A stretch of 64,000 bases of DNA from Rebecca billardiae RCC1528 (taxonomy: Eukaryota; Protista; Haptophyta): the NCBI GenBank assembly GCA_965240325.2, contig OZ251228.1:124001-188000 (forward strand), written 5' to 3'. The position numbers and the translations under genes are program-made. The number at the start of each line of letters is the position of its first letter. The stretch's first letter is position 1. The notes beneath the pieces are model-generated. The model had not been told where the DNA came from. It saw only the letters and a program-made list of their open reading frames with translations, and did not search any database. Positions 15,265 through 26,051 of this stretch are shown here, in pieces.

Positions 15265-16163
15265 ATGCCGTACGGCGGCGGCGGCGGCGGCGGCTACGGC
15301 GGCGGCGGCTACGGCGGCGGCGGCGGCGGCTATGGCGGGGCGCCCCGCGGCGGCCTCGGCCCCTCCGGCCACGACTACCGGCGCGAGGACGACGGCGGGC
15401 AGCCCATCGACGTGACCAAGGTGGACGCGATGCTCGCGGAGCGCATGCAGGCGAAGATGCAGCGCGACTTCACCACCGCCGATCGGCTGCGCGTGAGCGC
15501 GCGCGCGCTCGCGCCGCGCCGCGGGCGGCGGCGCCGCCACGCGCCACCGCGCCGGGCGCGCCACCCCGCCACCGCCTTCACCCCGCCTCCCCTCTGCGCA
15601 CGCTCGCGGTGCTGCAGACCGAGCTGCGCGCCATGGGCGTCATGGTGTTCGACAAGGAGAAGACGTGGAAAGTTGTCGGCGGCGGCGGCGGCGGGCCAGG
15701 CGGCGGCGGCGGCGGCGGGCCGCCCCTCGGCCCCCCGGGAGGCTACGGCGCGCCGCCGCCGGGCGGCGACGGCGGCGGCTATCGCGCGCCGCCCGCGGGG
15801 CCGAGCTACGGCGGTGGTGCCGGCGGCGGCGGAGGGTACGGCGGCGGCGGCGGCGGCCGTGGGTACGGCGGCGGCGGCGGCAGCGCCGCCGCCGGCGGCG
15901 GCGGCAGCGGCGGGCGCGGACGTTTCCAGGACGCGGCGTCCTACCGGCAGGCTGTGCTCGAGGGCCGCGTGCAGTACCGCGGCTCGGACGACGAGGAGGA
16001 CGGGGCCCGCGGGGGGCGCGGGCGTGGGCGCGATCGGGACCGCGATCGCGACCGCGACCGCGACCGCGGCGAGCGCGACCGCGGGTACGACGACGAGCGC
16101 GATCGTGAGCGCCGCCGCCCGCTGTCAGGCGCCGAGCCGGCCGCACCGACTCCGCCGCCGTGA
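14653..16163 (+). CDS. Gly/Tyr-rich protein with two CysRS C-terminal (anticodon-binding)-like domains and an RD-rich tail
   Basis: Spliced (introns 14995-15174, 15493-15617). Domains VDEILTERFTAKMRRDFDTADRLR|DQLKSMGVMVFDKEKTWK and VDAMLAERMQAKMQRDFTTADRLR|TELRAMGVMVFDKEKTWK; GYGGG tracts; RGGRGRG(RD)n. Confidence 0.75.
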
Positions 16164-16956
16164 TCGGCAAGCGCCTGCCGACGGCGCCGGCCGTTTTGAT
16201 CGTGCGCGTGGCGGAGGCATTCGCCGCCGCCACTGTGAGGCATGCTGGGGCAGCCCGAGCCTGTCTGCCCTGGCGTGCCCACGCCCCATCAAGATGTGCT
16301 GAGCAGGTCTGAATCCTGCCTGCTTGGCACGACTTGGCGACGAAGACACTCCACGTCTCGCTCACACTGCTCACCTCTCAGGACTGGGTATGGCGGCTCT
16401 GCCTGCCCGGTCGCTGCCAGGCGTCACCGGGCGTCACTGGGCCGACGTCGACGTCGTCATCGTCTTCGGACTGTTACAGTTTCAGAATTGTCGGTATGAG
16501 TATGTATCTCTAGACTATATATAGTATATATATACTCTATCGAGTACTTGTACTTTGTAGAATGTAGTTGCTGCTGTATACGAGTACCGATATCTGAGCT
16601 GTTATACTGATGATGCTGATGAATAACTCGAGTACTACGTCGTAGCTTCGTCGTAGTATTCTACTGCTACCGAAGTTGGCTAGTTGCACCGTTGCGGCAG
16701 CACTGACACTCTGACACTGCTAACTCTGTACGTCGTTAACTGTACGTTGCCATGCTGCGTTGATGAGAGTAGTCCGCGGTCCGACCGTCGTCGCCACGAT
16801 GCGGACACGATGCAGAGATCGCGACTACTTCTAATTCTGCTGCTGGCTTCAACGACAACGGTACGTCAAAGGCGGCTCCACTGCACTGGGACTGGCCTGA
16901 TGGGCCTGGCCGCCTGCGGCCTGGCCGGTGGCCGGGGCCGGGACCCCGCACCCGTC

Positions 16957-18528
16957 TCACAGCGTGACGTGCATAGCAGGGCCGAGAGGCCACCGCGCGC
17001 GCACGTCCAGCCCGAGCGGCTCGTCGGAGACGCCGAGCTGGAGGCGCTCGATGGCCGCCCACGCGACCATCACGCCGTTGTCCGTGCACAGCCGCGGCGG
17101 CGGCACGACCAGCTCGAGGCCCTCCGCGTCGCAGACCGCCCGCAGCCGCGCGCGCAGCGCTTGGTTGGCTGCGACGCCCCCCGACACGACGAGCGTCTTG
17201 AGCTCGGGCACGTCGACCGGCGGGGCGAGGCCCGCGGGCTCGTCGGCGGCCGGCGCCGACTCGCCCGGCTCGAGCGCGCCGCCCGGCTCGCCCCCGCCCT
17301 CCGCCGCGCCCGCGCCCTCCGGCGGGGAGGGCTGGCGCTGCTGCGCGCACCAGCGCAGTGCGTACCGCAGCCTCTGCTCAACGTGCCGGATCGAAACTTC
17401 CTGGAAGCTCGCCGCCATGTCGGCGCGCTCGGCGTCGGTCGGCTCGCGGCCGAGCGCGGCGAGCCGCGTGCGCACGGCCGTCTTGAGGCCCGCGAAGGAG
17501 AAGGACGTGTCCTTCCGCTTGGACATGGGCACGGGCAGCGCGAAGCCGCCCGCGCTGCCGCCGATCGCGAGCCGCTCGAGCGCTGCGCCGCCGCCCGCGC
17601 CCACGTCCAGCCCGAGGAGCCGCGCCACCTTGTCGTACGCCTCGCCGAGCGCGTCGTCGAGCGTCGAGCCTAGGATGGCGTAGTCGCCCACGCCTCGGCA
17701 CAGCAGCAGCTGGCAATGCCCGCCCGACAGCAGCAGGCAGAGGAACGGGAAGGCGACATCGCTCGCGCGCTCGGCGCCAGGCGCGCCGCCCGATGCGGCC
17801 GCGGCGGCGGCGGCGGCGGCGTCCTCCATCCGCGCGGCGAGGCGCGTCATGAGGCAGTGCGCCTCGAGGTGGTGCACGGCAACGAACGGCTTGTTGAACT
17901 CCGCGCTGAGCTCCTGCGCGTGGCGGCAGCCCACGCGCAGGCAGATCTCCAGCCCGGGTCCGACGGTGACGCCGATGCCGTCCACCTCCGACACGGAGCT
18001 CAGGCCGGCGGCCGAGAGCGCGCGGCCGACGACGTCGGAGAGCGCCGCGGCGTGGGCGTCCCGGGCGAGCCCCGGCACCACGCCGCCCCACTCCGCGTGG
18101 ATCGCGTCCTGCTTCGCGATCGCCTCGCCCAGCACCGTGCCGTCCGAGCGCACGACAGCCGCGGCGGTGTCGTCGCACGAGGTCTCAATGCCCAGCACGG
18201 TGAACGGGCGCGTGAGGTCGGGCAGGCCGGAGCGCGCCCGGGGCTGCGCGGCGGACAGTAATTCGGCGAGCTCGCTGGAAGGGCCTACCGCCTTCGGCTG
18301 GCCGACGTTCTCGCGCCGATCCGTCACCGCGCACGATCGCGGAGCGGCGCGGCCGCCGGTCTGCGTGCTCGCGCGCACGACGGCGGCCGGGGCGGCGAGC
18401 TTCGTCGGCGTGGAAAACGGCAGCCGCACACTCGCTGTGTGCGCAGCGGCATGCCGCGCACCCACCGCCGCCCACGCGAGCATGTGCGCCAGCAGCGCGC
18501 GCGTCGTGGGCCGCGATGGCACGTGCAT
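16957..18528 (-). CDS. OSGEPL1: tRNA N6-adenosine threonylcarbamoyltransferase, TsaD/Qri7/OSGEPL1 type, probably organelle-targeted
   Basis: VLGIETSCDDTAAAVV, GGVVP, VTVGPGL, HHLEAH metal motif, LLLSGGH, DDALGEAYDKVAR, FSFAGLKT, SGGVAAN, CTDNGVMVAWA. Long N-terminal extension; start 18528 or 18483. Confidence 0.92.
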   Translation of the reverse strand: MHVPSRPTTRALLAHMLAWAAVGARHAAAHTASVRLPFSTPTKLAAPAAVVRASTQTGGRAAPRSCAVTDRRENVGQPKAVGPSSELAELLSAAQPRARSGLPDLTRPFTVLGIETSCDDTAAAVVRSDGTVLGEAIAKQDAIHAEWGGVVPGLARDAHAAALSDVVGRALSAAGLSSVSEVDGIGVTVGPGLEICLRVGCRHAQELSAEFNKPFVAVHHLEAHCLMTRLAARMEDAAAAAAAAASGGAPGAERASDVAFPFLCLLLSGGHCQLLLCRGVGDYAILGSTLDDALGEAYDKVARLLGLDVGAGGGAALERLAIGGSAGGFALPVPMSKRKDTSFSFAGLKTAVRTRLAALGREPTDAERADMAASFQEVSIRHVEQRLRYALRWCAQQRQPSPPEGAGAAEGGGEPGGALEPGESAPAADEPAGLAPPVDVPELKTLVVSGGVAANQALRARLRAVCDAEGLELVVPPPRLCTDNGVMVAWAAIERLQLGVSDEPLGLDVRARWPLGPAMHVTL

Positions 18529-18632
18529 CGATCGGGCCGCCGTCCGAAACCCGACGACAGCGAGAGTCGCCACGTTCTGGTGTTGCAGCTCTCGACCAGT
18601 TCACCAGCGGTCGGCAGCGGCCAGTGGCAAGG

Positions 18633-19731
18633 GAGTCAAGGGTGCCCGCGCCCCAGTGGCGCGCTCGGCGGATGTTGGGATACACCTTTTTGCCCGCGGC
18701 CCTGCGGCGGCGGCGGCGGTGGCGTGCTCCGCTGGCGGGGCGAGCGCACGGGGCACGGCGCTGCGGGCGCGGATGTGCCCGCGAAGCCGGCGCGTGCGGA
18801 CGGGCTGTTGCGGGAGAGTATCAGGCGCCCTCCTGCGACGCGCGACTTGCGCCACGCCTCTTTCGCCTCGGCTCAGAGCAGCGCGCACGCACGCGCCGCC
18901 TCAAGGCCAGCCTTGCCGCGCCGCAGCCGACCGCGCGCGCGCCGTGCGCGGCGTGGTCGGGAAGGAACGGGCGCTGCTGCCGGGCGAGATGGCGACATCA
19001 TGGGCGCACGCCATGCCGCCCCGCGGCGCCGCGAAAGAGCACGAGAACGGATCCGCACAGCTGTTGACGAGTGCTGATTTCTTGCCGTGCCTGAAGCCAG
19101 ACCTGAGCTCGAAGAAGATGATGAAAGAGCATCAGCGCGAGGAAAGCGTCGCACCCAGCACTTCTACATGACCACGCGGTGATGAACATTCATGTAAGAG
19201 TAGCCCGCGTGCCCGTCTGGCACTGTTCTGTGTCTCAATGATCGTCCCGACAACGGTCACGACCGCGAGGCAGTGCACACCATTTGTGACAAGTCGAAAA
19301 GGCGTGCAAACGGACCGACGACACTCTCGTCAAGGCGTGGCGGGGCGGCATGGCGTGCGCCTATGACGTCGCCATCTCGCCCGGCAGCAGCGCCCGTTCC
19401 TTCCCGACCACGCCGCGCACGGCGCGCGCGCGGTCGGCTGCGGCGCGGCAAGGCTGGCCTTGAGGCGGCGCGTGCGTGCGCGCTGCTCTGAGCCGAGGCG
19501 AAAGAGGCGTGGCGCAAGTCGCGCGTCGCAGGAGGGCGCCAGATGCTCTCCCGCAACAGCCCGTCCGCACGCGCCGGCTTCGCGGGCACATCCGCGCCCG
19601 CAGCGCCGTGCCCCGTGCGCTCGCCCCGCCAGCGGAGCACGCCACCGCCGCCGCCGCCGCAGGGCCGCGGGCAAAAAGGTGTATCCCAACATCCGCCGAG
19701 CGCGCCACTGGGGCGCGGGCACCCTTGACTC
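18633..19731. repeat. Inverted duplication IR1: arms 18633-19024 and 19340-19731
   Basis: ~392-bp arms are reverse complements with only a few substitutions; ~315-bp spacer. Confidence 0.9.
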
Positions 19732-19983
19732 ATTCTATGATTTAACGACACAGGTAGGACGGCGCAGGTCTCCTGATTCGTCGTCGGCAGTGCCCGATCG
19801 TCGACGACACGAAGTCGGCGCTGGTGGCAGAGCATAGCCTGAACCGCGATCGAATGGCTTGAGCGCGGCCTTGAGCTGCTGGAGCGCGATCCACCTGCGC
19901 TGCGCGGCTCGCATGGACCTGCTGTGCCCCGAGCGAGGGCGAGGGTGCAGGTCCGGATGTCAGACGGCCGTCTCAGCCGCTGG
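19731..19983 (-). mobile_element. Interspersed repeat family R1, copy 2
   Basis: Reverse complement of 14161-14410; a further short end fragment lies at 20072-20107. Confidence 0.7.
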
Positions 19984-20201
19984 GCCCTGGCGGGTGATCC
20001 GGCGGTGATGTAGTCGTCCCCGTGTGCCCTGCGCGGCCGCGTGCGCGCTTGCCGCTCTGCTCAGCTGGCTAATTCTATGATTTAAAGACACAGGCACGAG
20101 GGCGCAGCTCTGGCTGCCCTTGCCAGTGGGGCGGGTTTTCCTTTTTCGATTGAGGATTTCAACTCGCGAGCATGGCGGACGCCGCCAACGGCGCCTGAGC
20201 G

Positions 20202-20870
20202 ATGGCCGTGGACTGCGTCCGCGCCGATCGGCTGCTGCCGATGCTGGCCGTGGCATCGGTGGTGCTCGTCGTCGTGCGCGTGCATCTTGAGCTCGGCGTG
20301 ATCGAAGCGCGCGAGGCGGCGCGCATCGGGAGCGACGCCGGCATGGGGTGGCTGGGCAGGCGGCGCGCGGCGCGTCGCGCGCGCAAAGCCGGCGTGATCG
20401 ACGAGCGGACCATGCACAGGATGATGGTGCAGGCCGGCCCCGTGCCGGCTGCCGAGGCGTTCAAGGACGAGGACGGCAGCGGCCTGCGCGACCACGACCC
20501 CAACGAGCGCAACGAGCTCGTCATGCCCCTCGCGCTCTCGCGAAGAGCGCTCGCGAAATTCCTGGACTGCACCGCGGAGCACAGCGAGGACTACTGCCGC
20601 GAGCTGCTGGAGAAGCGCGGCGAGCGCGGCAACGGCACCGCCGAGGCGAAGAAGGCCGACCCGCAGGTGCGCTGGATGAACAAGTGCGACCGCGCCTGCC
20701 AGCCCGCCTGCCTCTCGCAGTGCAAGCAGCGGCGGACCGAGCTGCAAGAGGCGCAGCTCGTCAGCCAGACGGGCGAGGGCATGGAGCGCTTCTGCGCGAC
20801 GCAGTGCAACAACCTCTGCCTGCAGAAGTGCCAGAAGCTGGCGCGCGAGGCGCTCGTGCCACTCGGCTAG
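20202..20870 (+). CDS. Hypothetical secreted/membrane-anchored protein with Cys-rich (CxxxC) C-terminus
   Basis: Hydrophobic LLPMLAVASVVLVVV; CDRACQPACLSQC and CATQCNNLCLQKC; coding-like GC3 codon pattern. Confidence 0.65.
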   Translation: MAVDCVRADRLLPMLAVASVVLVVVRVHLELGVIEAREAARIGSDAGMGWLGRRRAARRARKAGVIDERTMHRMMVQAGPVPAAEAFKDEDGSGLRDHDPNERNELVMPLALSRRALAKFLDCTAEHSEDYCRELLEKRGERGNGTAEAKKADPQVRWMNKCDRACQPACLSQCKQRRTELQEAQLVSQTGEGMERFCATQCNNLCLQKCQKLAREALVPLG

Positions 20871-21291
20871 CGCGTGCTGACGCCGGCCTCGTGCTGGCTG
20901 GATGGATGGCGAGCGCGGCCTGCCACGCTACTGCCTCACAATCACATCGTCATCTGATGACATCAGCACACCCTGCGTGATCACTATCAGTTCGGGGCCC
21001 GCTGTCTGCTGAGTCAGCTGAGTGCTGGACTGCTCATGCTGGACTGCTGAGCTCAGCGATGCCAGCGCGCATGCCAGCGCGCAGGGCGCAGTCGCGCACA
21101 TTGGCCGGCGGCTGGAGCCGCCTGGAGGCCGGGCAGACGCTCAGACTCACCGCTCACAGACTCACTCGCATGCTGAAGTCAGAGTATGGGGGTAACGCGA
21201 TGATTGTCATCGATTGTCATTGTCATCATCACTCACTCTCTAGTCATTGTATCATGACGAACAGCGGTGCTGCGCTCTCAAGACACCTACC

Positions 21292-22370
21292 GCAAGGGTG
21301 GTCAGGGTCGCCGACTCCAGCGGAGGCCGGCGCCGGAGCTTCACCTCCGATTTTTTGCAGCGGCGCGGCGCGCGGGGCCGCCGCCGCTGTGGCGGGCCGC
21401 TCGGGGCGTGCACGGCGTGGGCTCGTGCGGCCGCTGCCGCGCACGTCGAGCGATCCGGCGCGGGCTCGCGGCTTGTCGATGGCCTCGCGCGCCGCAGCGC
21501 GACGCGCGCCTTGCCTAGCTTCGCCTGTCTCGCGCCTTGGCCGCCGTGCACGCGTGCGCCGCCAAACCGCAAGCTCGGCATACCTCTCAGCCGAGCGTGC
21601 ACGTGCCTTGCGCGACGCGACGCGGGCATTGCCGCCAGGCGATGTAGGCGTAGTGCGAGCGCGCGCCGTGAAGCCTCGGCGCGGATCGAGAGTGTCTTCA
21701 ACGTCTCGGTCAGCTGTCGACAACTGCTGACGCATCAACCACCAATGGACATCACGGTCCTCCGTTGAACGATGGGCTATCGCGACGCTGCGACTCGTGA
21801 AGACTAGTCGAGCGTTGTAGCCAAAACGACGAACGCCACTATGACGTGTGTGTGAGCCTTGCGTGACGATGCGACGTGACGATCGCCCCGGCAAGAGAGT
21901 CAGTCGTGCAGCTTTCAGCACTGCTCAACGAACAGACGGTCCACGCGCGTACGCGGCAGCATTTCATTGTTCTCGATCCGCGCCGAGGCTTTACGGCGCG
22001 CGCTCGCACTACGCCTACATCGCCTGGCGGCGATGCCCGCGTCGCGTCGCGCAAGGCACGTGCACGCTCGGCTGAGAGGTATGCCGAGCTTGCGGTTTGG
22101 CGGCGCACGCGTGCACGGCGGCCAAGGCGCGAGACAGGCGAAGCTAGGCAAGGCGCGCGTCGCGCTGCGGCGCGCGAGGCCATCGACAAGCCGCGAGCCC
22201 GCGCCGGATCGCTCGGCGTGCGCGGCAGCGGCCGCACGAGCCCACGCCGTGCACGCCCCGAGCGGCCCGCCACAGCGGCGGCGGCCCCGCGCGCCGCGCC
22301 GCTGCAAAAAATCGGAGGTGAAGCTCCGGCGCCGGCCTCCGCTGGAGTCGGCGACCCTGACCACCCTTGC
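21292..22370. repeat. Inverted duplication IR2: arms 21292-21691 and 21971-22370
   Basis: ~400-bp reverse-complement arms with a few transitions; ~279-bp spacer. Confidence 0.9.
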
Positions 22371-22446
22371 CTACCGGACCGGCTCCGAACGCTGCCGAGT
22401 GGCGCCGAACCTGCGCGCGCGACGGCACCTCATCGCCGCGAGCGCC

Positions 22447-23244
22447 ATGCGGATCGTCGAGGCATCGAGTCCGACGGGTGCGGACGAGGCACTCATCAAG
22501 GGCCTCGAGGAGCAGAACCGCGCGCTCCAGCGCCACGTCGCGTGGCTCAGCACCGAGCTCAGCCGCGTGGCAGCTGACGAGGCGCGCGTGCGCGAGCAGA
22601 CGGCAGAGGTGACCACCCGGCTGGTGCCTGACGGTGCCGTGTCGATGGACGAGGTGAGGGCGCTGCGCAAGCGCCTCGTGGAGGCCACGGACATCCTCGT
22701 GCAGGAGAAGGCGAGGGCCTCCGCGGCCGAGCTCACCCTGCAGTCCACGCAGGAGACGCTCCGCAAGCGCGAGGACCAGGTGCTGCAGCTGTCGGAGCAG
22801 CTCGGTCGGGCCGGCTCGCACCTCAAGGAGCAGGCGGAGGCCGTGGCGGCGTGGAAGGCGGCGCAGGCGAGCCCGCCGCCCCCGCTGCCCCCTGCCGACC
22901 TCACCGAGGCCAAATTCGCCATGCAGCAGCGGCTGATCGAGAGCCTCACCCACGAGCTCGAGCAGCGCACGCTCGAGCTGAACGGCACCAAGTCTGCCCT
23001 CGAGGTCTGGGAGGCGAGGCACATGGTGTGGGAGCAGGGCGTCGACCTGGCGCGCAGCCGGGTCGCGTCGAAGGGCTCGCGCCTGAACGTCGCCGGGCCG
23101 AGCACCGACCCGCTCCCCGGCCTCGGCCACGTCGAGAGCTCCAAGTCGCTGGTCGAGGCGGAGCGCGCGTGGCGGGAAAGATGCGAGCAGACGCGCCGCT
23201 ACCCGCACACGGCGGGCAACGGCATCGTCGGGCCGCTCGGCTGA
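22447..23244 (+). CDS. Hypothetical coiled-coil protein
   Basis: Heptad-rich 'LEEQNRALQRHVAWLSTELSRV', 'LQSTQETLRKREDQVLQLSEQL'; coding-like codon usage. Confidence 0.65.
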   Translation: MRIVEASSPTGADEALIKGLEEQNRALQRHVAWLSTELSRVAADEARVREQTAEVTTRLVPDGAVSMDEVRALRKRLVEATDILVQEKARASAAELTLQSTQETLRKREDQVLQLSEQLGRAGSHLKEQAEAVAAWKAAQASPPPPLPPADLTEAKFAMQQRLIESLTHELEQRTLELNGTKSALEVWEARHMVWEQGVDLARSRVASKGSRLNVAGPSTDPLPGLGHVESSKSLVEAERAWRERCEQTRRYPHTAGNGIVGPLG

Positions 23245-24187
23245 CGGGCGGGGCATGCGCCCGCCTGGTGGACGCGCCTGCCCCCCCTGCCGCTGGTCGG
23301 CGCGCGAGCTGGCGGCGCGCAGGCATGCCGAATAAGGCGGAAGGCACGTGCCGCGCGCCGCTGCTCGGTCAATCAATCAACAGGCTTCGTACTAGTTCGT
23401 AGACTGACGAGTGAGTCTGAGAGTGAGTGACGACACTGCTGTGACTGACGATGTGATCCATACTACTGTCATATCCGCCATGACCCGTTGCAATAAGCGT
23501 GAGCGCCGAAAAAACGACACTTCTGCGGCCTAGAGTGACGATAGTCTTGCCGGCGGCGGCGGCGGCGGCGGGAGCGTGACAGTGCGTCTACCATCACATT
23601 CCGTTTAGCGCGCTACGCCGCGCGTGCCGGGTAGTGCCCCCGGCCCGCCGCAGCAGCAGTCGACAAGTAGTGAAGAGACGATGACCGCGGACGCAGCGCC
23701 GCAGTACAGCCTGCATCCACTTGCAGCGCGGCGCGCACTGTAGTTGCACTTGCAGCGCTCGCGCTCAGCGAGCATGGGCGTGCGCTCAGGCGTGTCAAGT
23801 GCTGTGTCGTCGGCGCGCTTCGCCTGTCACCTCGCGCACCCGTGCACGCAGCTTCATCGTCTTCATGAGGACTGCTCGGTGCTGCTGTCGCCATCCGACC
23901 CGAGTCCGCGGTCGCGCGGCGCGCGCGGTGGCAGCTGTGCACCGCAGAGTGTCACCGCTGCTGCTTCGCAGCAGTCGTCAGCAGTTGCGTCGTCATCCTC
24001 CTCGTCGTCGGCTTCCACTGCCGCAAGAGGGAACGCTGCCAAAGCTGCAGTTGGGAGGCAAGTCCTTCTCTCTTCCCACCGCGGCGCGCGCGTTGTGACA
24101 GCCCTCCCCGTTTGGCTTCTCTTGACCACCTGCTGAGGGTTTTGCAGCTCGATCTCGGCAACGGCACCACCTGGCGACGAACGGATT

Positions 24188-24228
24188 GGATTGGTGCACG
24201 GGGAATTGGATTCCCCGTGCACCAATCC
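24188..24228. repeat. Perfect hairpin, 19-bp stem and 3-nt loop
   Basis: GGATTGGTGCACGGGGAAT-TGG-ATTCCCCGTGCACCAATCC. Confidence 0.9.
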
Positions 24229-24393
24229 GCTCGGTTCGTCGCGCCCGGCCGCCATCGCCCAGCGCTAGTTGCAAAACCGTATTTTCACCGGTACGTCGCA
24301 TTTTCACCGCCCTACGGTCACTCACCCGTGCAACGGGTCCCATATGATGTCGTCGTCGGATATATGATAGTCTTATAAGTACGATGACGAATA

Positions 24394-26007
24394 TGACCGC
24401 GTTCCGCGGTCCTTTTCCGTAGAACGAACGTAGTTCGGGGCCCGCGGTGGCGGTGCACCCTCCGTCGCAGTCGTCCCGTACACGTGTAACTAGACTCCAT
24501 CCAGCGGCGCGCCGCCCCAGCGCCGCGCCGCCGCCGGCGTGCGCCGAGTGTGGATGTCGGTCGTCGGCCGAGCTGCCCTCATCACAGACGGCCCTTACCT
24601 GACCCCCTGCGCGTGCGCGACGGCCGACAGGCGGATGCGACTCGGCGTGATCGACGCACGAGCGCGACTCTTGCACGCCAGGCCACCGGCGGAGCTGACT
24701 GACAGCCAGGGAGCCGGACGGCGCGGGACCGCGCGGATTCGACCGTTCGTTCGGGCCTGCCGCTGACCGTCGTCGCCGCGACGCCAGCAGCGCAGGAGTA
24801 GATGATCTGCAGGTCAGTAGGGTTCGACCTGCGCGCCTGCGCGACGGCCGACAGGCGGGCGCGAGGCGTGAGCGACGCATGAGCGCGACTCTACGTGCAC
24901 ACCACGCACCACGCGGCCGAGCTGACTGACCGCGAGCCAGGGAGCACGGTGCGAGCAGCCATGCAGCACCGGTGCTTGCGCGCGCCGCGCGTGCACGGGG
25001 TGACACACCTCGGTCAGGCTCGGCACGCATCGCAGAGGCACGGCCAGCTCTGGGCACGCCAGGCGCCCAGGCCACGCGGAGCTGACAGCCACGGGGAGCC
25101 GACGGCGCGCGGGGCCGCGGCCAGTTCCGAGTTCGACTTGCGCCTGCTCTGAAGAAGAGTTCTGGGAGACCCTGGCGGAGAGGCATGGCAAGGGGGGCGT
25201 GTGGTGAAGTCGGAGACTCAGAGATCGATCAGTCCGGCATCATGCGCCGCTGCCCCCGAGCTTGCGAGAGCCCGAACACAGGGCGGCGGCTGCGGCGGCG
25301 GCGGCGCGGCCGCGCGCCGGCCGGCCGCGCAGGCATCGACAGGGCGCGGCAGGGGCGTGCGGAGTGACTAGTGAGCGGGCACGAACGCGATGTCGACGGC
25401 CGTCGGGACCCGCCGCAGACGCGCGCTCCAGGCGCCACTCGGCACTTGCCACGCGCACCTGCCCATCGAGCGCCCCCTTGCGGACCAACCAAGAGTCGTC
25501 GCGGCTCGCTCGCCACCCCAGAAGAAACCTGCACAGCACGTCGTCCTTGCGACGGCGGCAGGTTTTGAGCTCGCCAGCTCGGTAAGTCAGTGACTATGGA
25601 ATGGGCTGGCAACGAATAGCTGCGCGGGTATTTTCAATAAGGCTTGCGGGTTTTAGACTCTAGATACCAACCGCAGCGAAGCCAAGTTCATATTCATCAA
25701 GGCGGAGGCAAACTATCACACATGAACGAGAGTCTACCCACAAAATCGCGCTCGTAACGAACCGTTACACTAATGTCACGTCCAGCTGACGTCCAGATCG
25801 CACTTTACTTAAGGGAATCAGCTGGGCGCGGTTATTTTCGGCCTAATAGACCTCTCTATGCGATCTCAAAAACTCGAAACTCGGTCTCCGCCAGCCCTAA
25901 AAATCGCCCCCCGTCCCTTTTTTCTTGATCAAAGATCTTTTTGAAACGTGGTTCGGGCCCGCTGGTGCGGGCTCCACGCTGCGCGCTCCGCCCTGCACCG
26001 CGGGCCA
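24394..26007 (-). mobile_element. Non-autonomous Helitron2/Helentron-like element, copy 1 (1614 bp)
   Basis: 5' end TGGCCCGCGGTGCA at 26007 (minus); 3' subterminal inverted repeat plus GACCGCG-GAA-CGCGGTC hairpin ending at 24394. 5' ~260 bp nearly identical to copy 5. Confidence 0.7.
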
Positions 26008-26051
26008 TAATTTTATTATATATAATAATATAATAAATGATATATATATAT

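Noticed and set aside
23600-24170. Acidic coding-like fragment on the minus strand (VEADDEEDDD)
   Set aside because: No recognisable family, interrupted by stops; cannot support a gene or pseudogene call.
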